Shown here: piece after piece, positions 32,880 to 44,831 of the stretch | How positions within the stretch are numbered: the stretch's first letter is position 1 | Layout: each line of letters begins with the position of its first letter | Source: Macrostomum lignano | Lineage: Eukaryota | Length of the DNA: 64,000 bases | NCBI GenBank assembly: GCA_002269645.1 | Contig: NIVC01003470.1 | Location: 32,259-96,258, forward strand | Direction: 5' to 3' | Notes under the pieces: generated by a model | Database searches by the model: none | What the model saw: only the letters and a program-made list of their open reading frames with translations | What the model was told of the DNA's origin: nothing | Translations under genes and position numbers: made by a program

Positions 32880-35800
32880 CTATTGTTGTTGTATGCTGTG
32901 AGCCTCTCCTAAAGGGGACACCAACCGATGGCCCCTAGGAGAAGCGCCACCACGTCGGCGCGAGCGAGTTGACACATTTCGGTAATGCCGTGAGTACGGC
33001 GTTGGACGTCCAGGGCCGGGCAGTTGAGAAGTTTGAATTGATCTACCTCTTCCGCGCAGAGACGGCAGTTGCCGGCCCCGACCTCAATGCCGGTGCGGTC
33101 GCGGTAGTAGATCGATGCAGGACAGTGGCCGGCGCGGACCTGCGAGACTAGGACCTGTGTTGCCTGCGAGGGCCCTCATGCGTCGTAATCTTTTGGCCAT
33201 AGACCTCGAGCAGGTGGCCTGTCATGTTGGGCGAATAGTTAACAACCCGTCGGATGCGGGCCCTAGCCGAATCCAGGGTGGTGCCGACATGCTCCTGAGG
33301 CAGCGTGGCCGCTAGTTTGGCCTCGGCATCCACCAGTTCATTTCCGGGGATTCCGGCGTACCCGGGCACCCACTGCAGGATGATCTTAGAAAGACGGGCG
33401 GCGATGATAAGGCGTTCCTTAACGTTCTCGACGAGCGGGTTGATGGTTGGGCGATCAGCTTGCAGGACCGCGATAGCGCTCTGGCTGTCGGTGAGAATTG
33501 CAGCCTCTTTCGGGGCATTGGCAATGATATCGCTTAGAGCCTGGAAGATGGCGATAAGTTCGGCCTCAAAGGAAGGCCGAGGGCTGCACCAGCGGCCCGC
33601 GGCCACGCGCCCGCGCCGGCTGATGGAGCCGTCCTGGCTCAGGAGAATCCAGGCTGCACCTCCGTTTTCAACGCCACCAGAGACGGATCCGTCGGTGAAG
33701 TAAGTGGCGGCGTTCGGGCAGCGCGCGGTCGCGGTGGCTTGGACCCGCCTGGGCGGCGTCGGTTTCAATGGGCTCGAACAGCAGCTTGTTGAACATGCGC
33801 ACTCCGGCGTCGGCCAACGAATTCCAGGGTGGGAGCCGGATGTGGCTGTTGGCTAGACGGTGTCCACCAAGGAGCTCATCGGTGATGCGTCTAGCTTTTT
33901 CGCGGAGGCCTCGGTTGGCAGAAAGCCGGGTGTCCTGGCGGCGTTCGCAAAGCTGCCGGAAGGGGTCGCCGGGAGGTCTGCGGAGCGCCTTCTCAACCGC
34001 AAGCAGCGATCTTCTGCGGGCTTCGAGGCTGATAGGAAGGATTCCCGACTCAAAGTAGATGGCCTCTACCGGTGTCGAGCGGGGGAGATCAGTGACAACC
34101 CGGAGGGCCTCACGCTAGGCACGGTCGATGGCGTTGAGACGGGTCGCAGATAGCCAGGGCGTCCAGGCCGCGGCGGCATGCCACACGACGGATTCGACAA
34201 GAGCCCAGTAGACTCGCAGCAGCAGCTTGCGATCCCAGCCCCATTCACGGTGGGCTAGGGCACGAAGGATGGCAGCTCGGCGAAGCATTTTCTCCCGGAC
34301 GGAGTCAGTTTGCTTTTCGAATAGCAGACCTTGGTAAATCCAGATTCCGAGAAACTTAATCTCCTGCTTGAAAGGAATCTGTTGGCCCCGGAGGGTGAGG
34401 CTGAGGTTGCGTTGACGGTCGGATCTGTCCCGAGAGAAGAGGCATCCCTCAGTTTTAGAAAGGTTGATGTCGATGCGTAGATGAGCGGCCCATTCCTCGA
34501 CGAGCTGCAGGGCGGATTGGAGGCGAGCCTGGATTTCCGGGAGGTTCCGGCCCGTGCTCCAGAGGGCGAGATCATCTGCATAGCCACTGTAGTCGACGAG
34601 AGGCACGTTGTGACCGGACCACTTGTTAACATAGATGAGGAAGAGGGCAGGCGAGCTGACGGCGCCCTGGGGGACGCCTTCCCTCAGTCTGCGCCATTTC
34701 CCAAGCGAGGAGCCGACCCGCACAGCGATCTGCCTGCCTTCGAGGAAGCTGGTGAACCAGCGCACCATACAGGCAGGGACGCCTTCGTCCATCATGCGAC
34801 CAATAAGGCAAGCGCGCCAAACACGGTCGAAGGCGCGAGAGCAGTCAATGAGGATGGCCACAGTTTTCAAGTGCGGGCGTTTCTCCCATCCATCTTGAAT
34901 TGACTGAACGAGGCGTGCGATTTGCTCTTCACAGCCACGACTACGTTGAAAACCGGCTTGCCAGGGCTGAATGATGTTGTGGAGCTCGAGCCAGCGATAG
35001 AGGCGATCAAGGATAAGCTAGCCGTTCGAGGATCTTCCCGCAGATGGAGGTGAGGCTGACAGGCCTGTAGCTACCGCGGTCTTTGGGGTCCTTTCCGTCC
35101 TTTAGCAGGGGGACGATAACGGCCTTTTTCCAGACTCGGACAGCCTGACTCCAGGACAGTGTCCGGTGTGCCAGCAACGGTTGAAGACGGCCAGCCAGGC
35201 CGTCATCCAAGAGTCCGGCAGGTAGATGAAGAAGGCAGCTTCGATTTCGGCGGGACCACATTTTTGCTGGGGTCAAGTTTGCCAATGGCCCGTTTCAGCT
35301 CACCAGGGGTGAAGTCACGGCAGTAAAGGTCGTCGTCTGTGGAGTAATGAGCCAGGCGACGGGACGTGGCCACTTTGACCTTGCGGTCCACCGCCGAGTG
35401 TTTCAGAGTGCTGATGTTTTCGTAATAGCGGCCAAAGGCGTTAGCCTTTTCCTTGTCCGTGCGCAGGTCTCGACCATCAACAACGAGAGATTCGTTGGGA
35501 GGATCTTGTTGTTTGCCGTTGCTGAGGCACTTGACAGTCCTCCAGACTTGTTTTGGGTCGGCAGAGTCGGACATTTTGTTGATGTACTCCTTCCAGAATT
35601 CGGCTTTCTTTTCGGCACAGAGTTTGGACAGTTCGTGACTTTTTTCGAGCCACTCGCCAGGATGGGCGCCAGATTCCCTAAGCCGGTTCCGAGTGTCGCG
35701 AAGTTCAGTAAATTCTTCATCCCAGTATGGCTTGTTTTTGGCAGAAACTTTTTGAGCGGGATAGCAGCTTTGGCTGCTTTAAGCATGCCCGAGCTGAGCC

Positions 35801-37410
35801 TGGCAATCTGTTTCTTGATGGAGCCGCCATTGAGGTGGTCGGCGTCCTCGGAGAGCAGGGTCTGGTAAGCGGTCCAGTCCGCTTTTTTCCGAGACCAGCT
35901 GAAGCGAGGCGCAGTGCTCAGGGTTTCCCGGGATTCCCGGACTGTCACCAGGATGGGTTGGTGATCGGAGCCAAACTCGGTGAGCGGTTGCCATTTACAG
36001 AGGTCGGCCACTGATTGACTAGCGATGGTGAGATCGGGAGCACTAGTCCGTCCGGTGCGCCTGTCAACGCAGGTGTGTTCCCCTGAGTTCAGGATGCGGT
36101 AGTCCACGGAGTTGCACCAGTCGAACAGGCACTGAGCTTGTGCTGCACCTTCAGGTCCTTGATTGGGATCGCTGCCCCAGGCAGTGTGGTGGAGGTTGAG
36201 GTCACCAAGCAGAATTTCCCTGTGGAAGCATCTGAGCCAGGAATCGACACTGGGGTGCTCACGGTGATCTTCGCCTTCCACGCGCCGGATGGGGGGGCGG
36301 TAGATGTTGGAGACGACAAGTTTTTTTCTGGCCGAGGTGCTGATCGAAATTCTGCAGCCTTCGGTGGTTCCGCCAGACCATCCTTGAAGTTTATTGAACG
36401 GAATGCCTTGCCGGAAAAGAAGAGCAGGCCGCCGCCTTTAACGTTCGGGTCGCAGCGGGCAGTTTTATGGTCCTTGCGGATGGTTTTGTTGAAGGAGGTG
36501 AGCTTCGACTCTTGAACCGCAATAACGTCGGCCTGAAGCCGGGATGCGAGGTCCTCAAGCTCCCCCATTTTGTTGCTGATCCCATCCGCATTCCATTGAA
36601 TAATTTTGAGCTCAGGTTTCTTGCAGTCCCACCCAGCTTCCGGGTGGCTCCCTCCAACAGGAGTGGGGTCAGGGTCCTCAGGGGAGGGCGGGCCTTGGAG
36701 GCAGGCGGCTTCGGTGCAGCGACCGCATCTCCAAAGCCCACGACCGATTTCTTTTTTGATCTGGTCGCGCGTGGCTTGCAAGCAGGCGTTATGGAAGAAT
36801 CCTTCACAGGCATTGCAGCAGGCGATGGTGGAGCTGACGCGCATCGTTTTCCGACAATGGTTGCATTTAGGTTTCTCCTGCCGGATACAGTTGAGCAGGG
36901 CTTGCCTGCGAGCGGTTTGCTCCTCCGTGGGCTGGCAGATAGGGGTGGACGGTTGGTCAGAGGACGACGAGTCTGTCTGGGTGGTGGGGCCGTTCTCGCA
37001 ATTGGCGTAGTGCCATTCCTGGGCGTCCGCGGCCTTGTTCGCGGCCCAACGACTCAACCCGGAGCATTCCCTCTGCAGATGGAAGCGGCTGTTACATCTC
37101 GCGCAGGTGAGGAACTTGCCGCGCAGAGGGCGGCCGCAGCTGACGGGCAGCAGGAGGCCCCGGGTTGGTCTCAACATCGCCGGCCCTGAGCAACAGAAGA
37201 GCGGGGAGGTAGCGGGCCGGATACTTGGCTCCTCCGGTGTTAAAACCGATACGCGCTCATCTTCCAGTACAATGACGCTCGCTGGACACGGTGTCCGAGT
37301 TATGGCGCTCTTCGTACACCCCTATTGGGCGTGTTTCCCCTCCGCGACGAAAACGCGGCGCCAAGTAGGAGCTACGACAAAGTCGTAGACCAGACGTAGA
37401 GTCCGGTGGG
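32880..37410 (-). mobile_element. Full-length Ingi-like non-LTR retrotransposon (PHD-PHD-APE-RT-RNase H-CCHC), frameshifted
   Basis: 11-bp TSD TACTGGTGACG (32869-32879, 37411-37421); (CAA)n tail; IIQWNADG/AVQESKL, LLGDLNLHH, GVPQGAVSSP, GYADDL, YFTDGS; 5' end begins CCC. Confidence 0.93.
37304..37410 (-). ncRNA. HDV-like self-cleaving ribozyme at the LINE 5' end
   Basis: P1 CCCACC/GGAGGG, P2 GGCGC(C)/G(A)GCGCC, P3 GCG/CGC, L3 TTTTCGT, P1.1 TT/AA, P4 ACACGCCC/GGGGTGT, J4/2 ACGAA. Confidence 0.78.
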
Positions 37411-37887
37411 TACTGGTGACGTCACGACTGTCAGTCACGACTGGTGACGTCGTGACTGACATAGTCAAAGCCATTGACTTTAAAGTATAAAAGTTATAGT
37501 TGAAAGCTACCGGCTTTTCGTAACTCTAAAGCTTTGTCTGCATTAGATATGGTTTTATTACAAAAACCCCAATACCAAAACTAGTCTGAATACGCTGTGT
37601 CCGGAGAATATAGTCGCCTAGCATTTATGCAGTCTAGATTGTTTCTGTTCCTGTTTACCGAGACAAAGCGGCGCAGAACAATAACGTATTATGGGTGCTT
37701 CCTCTATCAATGCTTTAGATTCTTTACTGAATTCTACACTCTTTTCAGTCCAAATTCACCTAGCCAGCTGGATTTATTCTTGTGAATAGTGATTTCTTTG
37801 TTAAAAAAATAGTTGTCGTGAGTATAAATAAATCCAAGCGGGGCAGGAATCCGCTCTTTACCTGTTCGCGCACCTGAACGCACCGGA

Positions 37888-38656
37888 ATGCATCGTATCA
37901 TCATGAAAGGCTGGCGTGAATTGCTATACCTTTTTGCGTTTGTCGTCTCTCTTGGTTTGATCGTAGCGTTGCACTTATTATCCGCTCCACTTGAACTCGT
38001 CTGTTTAAATCCCTCAACTCGCAGTAAGCAGCAGCTCGAAGCGAGCTCACATTTGCCTGGGGTTAAAAAAAACTCTGGAGTCCTAAAGACTCCAGCTATC
38101 CGATCAGTTCACCTTGCCAAGTTCAATTACGTTCACTGGGCCAAGTCATGCAAAGACATGCAGCTGCAGCCCCTGTTGCTCGGTGCGGTTATTTCGGCAC
38201 CTAGCAATTTTACCAGACGAGAGCTCCTCCGACGGCTCTACATGTCGCAGAATGAGATCCATGGGTTCCCTTTGCGCTGGATCTTTATTCTTGGCTACGT
38301 ACCGAGCATAAAAATTCAGCGAGAAATTGATAATGAAAGCAATCGATACGGAGACATCGTGCAACTCAGTTTCCGAGACTCTTACGAAAATCTGACGCTG
38401 AAGGCAATTGCGGCGATGGATTGGACAGCAACGGCTTGTCCAGAGGCCAAATTCTTTTTCAAGACGGACACAGACTGCATGGTGAATCCATTTCGAATTG
38501 GTGACTATCTTTTATCTCTCTCGCTGGTTGATTCGCAGATTCTATACACTGGCAGCGTACCTCGCTGGTTGGAGCCTAACCGACATAGTGGAGTTAAGAA
38601 GTGGCGCGTTAGCTACCAAAACTATCCTCTGATCAAGTTTCCTCGGTACGCGAATG
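37888..38656 (+). CDS. GT31 beta-1,3-galactosyltransferase-like, exon 1
   Basis: N-terminal TM helix; ISAPSNFTRR, ESNRYGDIV, DSYENLTLK, FFKTDTD (DxD), FPRYAN; GTAAGA donor. Confidence 0.92.
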
Positions 38657-38992
38657 GTAAGAAAGTATGATTTTCTCTAGCCAGCTTTTCATTCCCATTT
38701 GGTCTAGAGAAGTTTCTTCGGGCTGTTTCTCCAGTGTTGCTACTCGTACATGTGCATTGTATATCAGAGACCCAGACAAACCAAGCAATTTATATTTTTG
38801 GCCATTATTACGCAGTTGCTCCCCAATGTACAGTACACCCCGTGTACAAATTTCATCACGGGACTGCTTTCTCGCATTTATTATCTATCTCAGCTACTTA
38901 CTGAACAATCTACCATTGTTTCTTAAACGGGCAGTAAAAAAACCTTGGATTATGCCTGTCCAGTCTCATGTTTAGACTTCATAAAATTTCAG

Positions 38993-39318
38993 GACCGGGC
39001 TATCTACTTTCTCGAGTCGCTCTTTCTGCGCTGCTTGAGGCAAGTGATATTACATACCCGATGCGCCTTGAGGATGTCTATATGGGCCTATGCGCTTTGC
39101 GGGCTGGTATCGCACTAAAAAGCCACCCAAGATTTATCCTGCATCTCTACAGCTATACAAACTGGTGTGACTACCACAACGGTCTGGTAATGCACCAAGT
39201 GAGCGAATTGGAAATGACAAACATGTGGAGACTAATGATGCAGCACAAGGACGCTACAAAGTCGAAACTAGAATGCCATCTGAGTCGCGAAGGCAGAGGA
39301 AACGACTCGAGATTTTGA
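38993..39318 (+). CDS. GT31 beta-1,3-galactosyltransferase-like, exon 2
   Basis: GPGYLLS, LEDVYMGLCA; in phase with exon 1. Confidence 0.9.
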
Positions 39319-41059
39319 ATTTGATATTAAAAGGAAGGCCTCCCATTCTGTCAACTTTAGTTAGTAGAATAAATGCTTAGTATATGGTACAATTGCAAAC
39401 TCATAAACTTTTGGGGGTATATCTTTAGAACGGGGAGATTTATAGAGTAACCACAGATCGTTAGGTGTTATTATTCTGCTATAATAATTCAACCATGTAT
39501 ACTGTGCTTAAGCTTGATTATAAACTGACTGTCGTATCGATATTACCGCTGTGAAGAACTGAATGATGTCATCTCATCAACGTGCCTTCTATTTTCGCTA
39601 CCAAGGAGCGAGATTGATAACTCACTAGAAACGCCGCAACATACGAGCGTAAAAGAAGCTGTCATTGGTTGGGGTCCTTTAATACATGTAATAATGAATG
39701 ACATGCATAGAATTACAGGTATAGTCTCAATCTTTGCGAGTGACGCAACTCAGCTACGCCGCGGCAGACTTAAGTTTAGATAAGAAGCGGGGGCGAGGGT
39801 TGGACGCATCAAAGCCACCCCAATCAGTTTTCTCGTATCTTTTATTTCAGAATAGTCAGTCCAAGAGAAATTGCTCGCTGGCGCATAGAGTGGCGACTTT
39901 TCAATGTTGCTGAGTATAGATAACCAAAACTGCACAAATCGCAATTGGTACTCGACCATTGCACCGTCTGTCTGTAACGCTGGCTTTCAAAAGATGAAGA
40001 TTAAGACCAAATTTTTAAGGCGAAGACAGCCGTATGAAAACCCGGCTTTTGGGCGCCTGCATATACTCATTCATACAGTGTTATACTAGCTTGTGGTATA
40101 GCTAGTTTGGGGTCAGAAAGCGCCCAATATCGCCAGTATTTGTGGGAAAAAAGGAAGAGAGGCGTCTGATGGATTATAAAAGTATACTTTAGAGCATCAG
40201 AACCGCTACAAACCTTTTAATATAAAAAGCCAAAAACAATGCTTTGTTACGGCTAGTTGCGGGATGGGTAAGCCATGGAAGAGCCCTTGGTTCTTACGGA
40301 TGATGCGAAACCATCCTTGATAAGAATCATAAGATGTACGTGACAATATTGCACATGAAAAACGACGTTTTAGAATTCTCACCGTCGCTGTTTGAGAATG
40401 CTGCATAGCTGAGAGACGCGGTTTTCACTGAAACACGTTAAACACCTAGGGCTTTCATCAGGTTAACTATGTTTAGTTGTCAAACGCCATGTTTGGTTGG
40501 CATGGTAACAAAAACCGCGTTGTTTCGACTTGCTCAAAAAATAAGGACTCACTATATTGCATGGTGTCGCCTAACGCCCTAATGATCCTGTGCAGCCATT
40601 ATAGGTAGGCCGCAATAATATGACGAAGATTCATTTTAGCCCTTTAAATAGCCCTTTTGTACTTTTGTGCATCAAAAGGGGAGAAAAGGTGCTATTTGAG
40701 ATGCAAAAATGTGCATTTTTCAAGGTCAGCACAGCTTTTGAGCTGCTGAACTATCGTTGGGACATCTAATGAAGGCATGCAGATTTCCAGGTGTGAGCTA
40801 CCTGTACACGTACTTTAAAAGTACATTTTTATTTGCTGAATTTTGAGGCGTTGCCAGGTGTGGAAGCACAGCATATTTTGCTTGGTTTAGTATGTTTTAA
40901 CAATCATCTGGATGTCACCTTAACTGCTGAATTGTTTCAGATAATTGTTTCGTGCACTGCTTAGATTTTATCCGGCTTAAATTTTAAAAACGTTTTTCGT
41001 CATTTTTGCCTTTTTTTACTACATAAAGAAGCCCTTCAACAATTGTAAACAACAAAAAA

Positions 41060-44000
41060 ATACGCGGCCCCGCAAGCAAAGGTCATAGTTAGAGCAGGGC
41101 GCGTCAAATGGCGCGCCGCAGAGTCTGGGAGCGAACAAAGTCCGCTCCGTTGGTAGCGTCGTACAGCAGGCAGTCCACGTATCGACGGGTTCGGGCCTGA
41201 CACCGCCTGAACGGACCCTGCAAGGTGAGCAGCAGGACGTCCTGAACAGGTTGGGGGCAGTAGCCCTCGGCCCGGATCACGTGGTCCGCCAGTTGAAGTC
41301 GCCGCCGGCGCAGGATGATGGACGGGCGCTGCAGCTTGGCCCGATCGTACAGAGCCTCGGTCCCGACGCTCTTGTCTGCTCGAAAGGCCGCACGGAGCAG
41401 CCCTGAGTGCGCCGAGTCCAGCTGCCGCTCTAGCTTAGCCGTCAGCGTCCAACGTCTCGGCGTTGTATAGCAGGACGTTTTCAACCACCGCCTGCCACAG
41501 CCGAGCACTCTGGCGATCGGGCAGCGCTTCGGACTGGAGGACGGCTCGGATCGAACGAAAGGCCGCCCAGGCAAGTCCTCCGCCGCTGGAGGTCTTCCTC
41601 CACGTGGGGCACAGACCGCCGAGGTAGGTGAATCGCTGGCAGCGTGCGAGCCTGGTCGTCTGCCCGTCTGCGCCGCGGCACGTCAGGTCCGCTGGGATGT
41701 CGGCCGGCACAGTCAGCACCTCGGTCTTCAGCGTGTTGACGATCAGACCGATGCGTGATGCCACCTCGACCAGCCTGTCGATCTAGCGCTGGGCGCCTTC
41801 AACGGACGAGGACAGGAGGGCGAGGTCGTCGGCGTAGCCAAGCACGCTTAGGCGCTTTTCGCCGTGGCGGCGACCGATGCGTCTGCGCAGCAGGAAGCCG
41901 TCATAAGCCGAGGGGAGTGCGGTCCAAAGCACCCGTCCAGCAGCAGCACGAAGAGAAACGGCTCCAGCGTATCGCCCTGCAGAACTCCTGATGAAGTATC
42001 AAACACGTCAGACAGGCCGTCCGCTGTCACCACAGCAGCTCGAGTGTCGCGATACAGCGCCATGACAGCGTCGATTAGCTGCTGAGGTACCCGGTAGGCT
42101 CGAAGGACAAAGGGGAGCGCGGCTCTCAACACCGAGTCAAACGCCTTTCGAAAGTCAACGAAGACAATGTGATCAGCGTAGACTGGCGAATGCGCGCCTC
42201 TTCGATGACACGGCGCGGCGGAGTGCGAGGATCTGTGTCGTGTCACTGTGCCGCGTTGCGGCCGGAATCCGTTCTGCTCGTACCGCAGCTATGGCCGTCC
42301 AGCACCGACTGCAGACGATCGAGCAGCAGCCGGTTGAAGAGCTTCGCGGTGCAGGACATCAGTGAGATCCCGCGGTGGTCTTCTTTCCGCGTTGTCCCTG
42401 CCTTCTTCGGGATCGGCACGATGTGCGCGACGGTCCACTCGGTGGACGCAAGAGTGCCGGCGAGCACGCGGTTCATGACGCCTGTGACCTGGGAGGCCAC
42501 ACAGGGAGGCCGCAGTGCTTCGACCGGGACTTCGTCGGGGCCGAGCGCCTTGCCGCCTGATGTTTTCCGAGCGAACAGCACAACGTCCTCCGTGGTGACT
42601 GGGCTGGTGCAGAGGTCCTCCTCAGCTGGAGCGGCGTGTCCAGTGGGAGCGCAAAACTGGCAGGCAGCTGCGACGCGGGCGCGTTCACGATGCCGGCGAA
42701 GAAGTCACGCAATTCATTCCTGCGCTCCTCCGGGGTGTCGCCGGCCAGATTCAGCGCCACGCGCTTTTTGCGCCCCGTTAGAGTCCGGACGGCTGTCTAC
42801 ACTGCGCGGCTTTTCACGTCTGGGCTGGCTGCAGTGATGGACCTGACGGCGTCGCGGCCTGCTGCCGCTCGTCTAGAAGGCGCTCAGACGCGTCTTCAGC
42901 GTTGCCTGTGGGCCGCCAGTTTCTGTGGAGTCGCTCGATGTTGAGCCGCGCCTGCCTGATGGTCGGGTCGCTCTGCCAGACAGGCAGCGATTTCTGTGCT
43001 GGCCGCATCAGCGGGACCGTCTGCTCCACAGCGGCTCTAACGGCGGTGCTGATGTCGGAATACTCCGCCTCGCGCTGGTCTCCGAGCGTGGCGACGAAGG
43101 GACCCGCGAATTGACGCTTCACGCGGGTGTCCAACAGTACGCGATAGTAGCGCCGTGGCCGCAGCTTTGGCGGTCGGTAGAGCTGGTCGCGGAGCCGCAA
43201 GTCGCGAATCAGGAGTCGGTGATTTGACCGGAGTGCGAACCTGCACATGATCGAGTTGCGCCAGTCTCCTCGTGGCATTCAGCCCGCGTGCGTTCCGTCA
43301 CCTTCTCTTGCAGCCCGCAAAGGTGACCAGGCGGGCAGGGGGCTTGCGGAACTGGGTGTTCGCGGACACCAGGTCCAGCTGGTCAAGCAGGTCCTCCAGT
43401 GCATCGATGTTGGCGTTCTCGCGTCCCGCGACAAAGGGCGAGCGCTCGGACCTCCGCTGGACTGCGTTCAGATCTCCGAGCACTGCCAGCGTGTCGCGGT
43501 TTGGCACCTCTTTCAGCTGCTCAGCCAGGAAGTCGAAGAAGGCACGTGCCTCCTCAGGGTGAGCAGCGGTGGGTGCATACGCGGGGAATCATCAGTCGCG
43601 GGGAAAGCGAGATCCAATGCACGCTCTGCTGGAGGCGCGGTCCGATTAGTACGCCGACACCGCCCCGTTCGCGGTTGTCTGCCGACGTGTACAGGAGGCT
43701 CCAGCCGGCTCTGAGGTCTTCAGAGTGGAGCCCCGGCTCAGCCACGATAGAAACCTGTAGCGTGAAGAGGTCCAGCTGTAGGTCGTGAGGACAAGAATCG
43801 TGCGACGCCAGGGAGCCTTCAGAGTTCGGCAGTTCACCTGGTACAGCTCGGGCCAGATGGAGGTTGGCCTCATGGTCCCCGGCGCCACCCGGCGGATCCA
43901 TAGTTGAAATACCAGGGACTGGGGGCAACAGGCGCATGGCTGTGCCACGGAGTCGCCCTCGCCGGTTGCGCTCGCGCCGCCGCTCAGTGCGACGCTGCGC

Positions 44001-44128
44001 TAACCTCTGCGAGTTCCTGCTGTGCTGAACTTTTCTGCCGCAGCCGAAGCGCGGCCGTCCGAGCCAACCGAGGTCATCCTGGCCGCAATGCCAGGTGTCA
44101 GCACTCTGCACGAGTGTGCAAATGGCTC
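41060..44128 (-). mobile_element. RTE-clade LINE, near full length, frameshifted
   Basis: APE (GGVGVLI, VLGDLNA), RT (YRGISL-like HRGISLM, FVDFRKAFDSV, GVLQGDTL, GYADDL), C-terminal PFRRCQARTRRY. Confidence 0.9.
44022..44128 (-). ncRNA. Candidate HDV-like ribozyme at the RTE 5' end (non-canonical P3/L3)
   Basis: P1 GAGCCA/TGGCTC followed by GG; P2 GTGCTGA/TCAGCAC; P4 with TTCG loop; extra hairpin between P2 and P3. Confidence 0.5.
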
Positions 44129-44236
44129 TAATATAAAAATTGTACGCTATATGGAGAAGCTTAGCCACTTTTTGGTCGTTTTAACCGAGATATTCGTTAA
44201 TAATTTGATAAATTATCCAATATTTATACCAAGTCA

Positions 44237-44500
44237 GAGTCAAATAGTGCTGACACCTGGCATCGCGGCCAGATCATCAGACCGCGGATGACCTCGGTTC
44301 ATGGCTCGGAAGGCCGCGCCTCGGCTGCGCAAGCAAAGATTAGCACACCAGGGACACTAAGAGGTCGGCGTCGCACTGAGCGGCGGAGAGAGCAACCGGC
44401 GAGGGAGACGCCCTGCATCTCAATCTATGGATCCGCCGGGTCCCTCGAAAACTCACACTTCTGGACACTGGGGAACAAGTGCCTACGTATCTGCAAAATC
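44237..44500 (+). mobile_element. Second RTE 5' fragment, head-to-head with the first and carrying the same fold (44237-44346)
   Basis: Homologous to the reverse complement of 43880-44128; P1 GAGTCA/TGGCTC, P2 GTGCTGA/TTAGCAC. Confidence 0.8.
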
Positions 44501-44831
44501 AAATAATTCTTACTGAAGCGGCTCCTCTTATAACTTATTAGCAGGCTAGCCTTGTGTGGTAGAGACGACTGGCTTCAGTGATTTGTCGTCTCCGGGAGTC
44601 CTTAACTTTATCTGTGGGTCGACCAAAAGCGGGAGTGAATCAGAAGTCTTGATGGTGTCGATGTGGTGAGCTCGGAATTAACAATAGAACGTAACGAATA
44701 ACTCAAATCAAACAATAGATCCTCTAGGAATACCTGTATATCCTAGGAAACAAGAAGGCCTTTTTCAAATGTGTCAAAAATAAATAGCTCTCGTAAACTT
44801 AAGCAATCAAATTATTAACGCTAACTACAAA

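Noticed and set aside
41080-41095. TAACTATGAC (minus strand) near the RTE 3' end as another 28S piece
   Set aside because: Only a 10-bp match with unrelated flanks, consistent with chance
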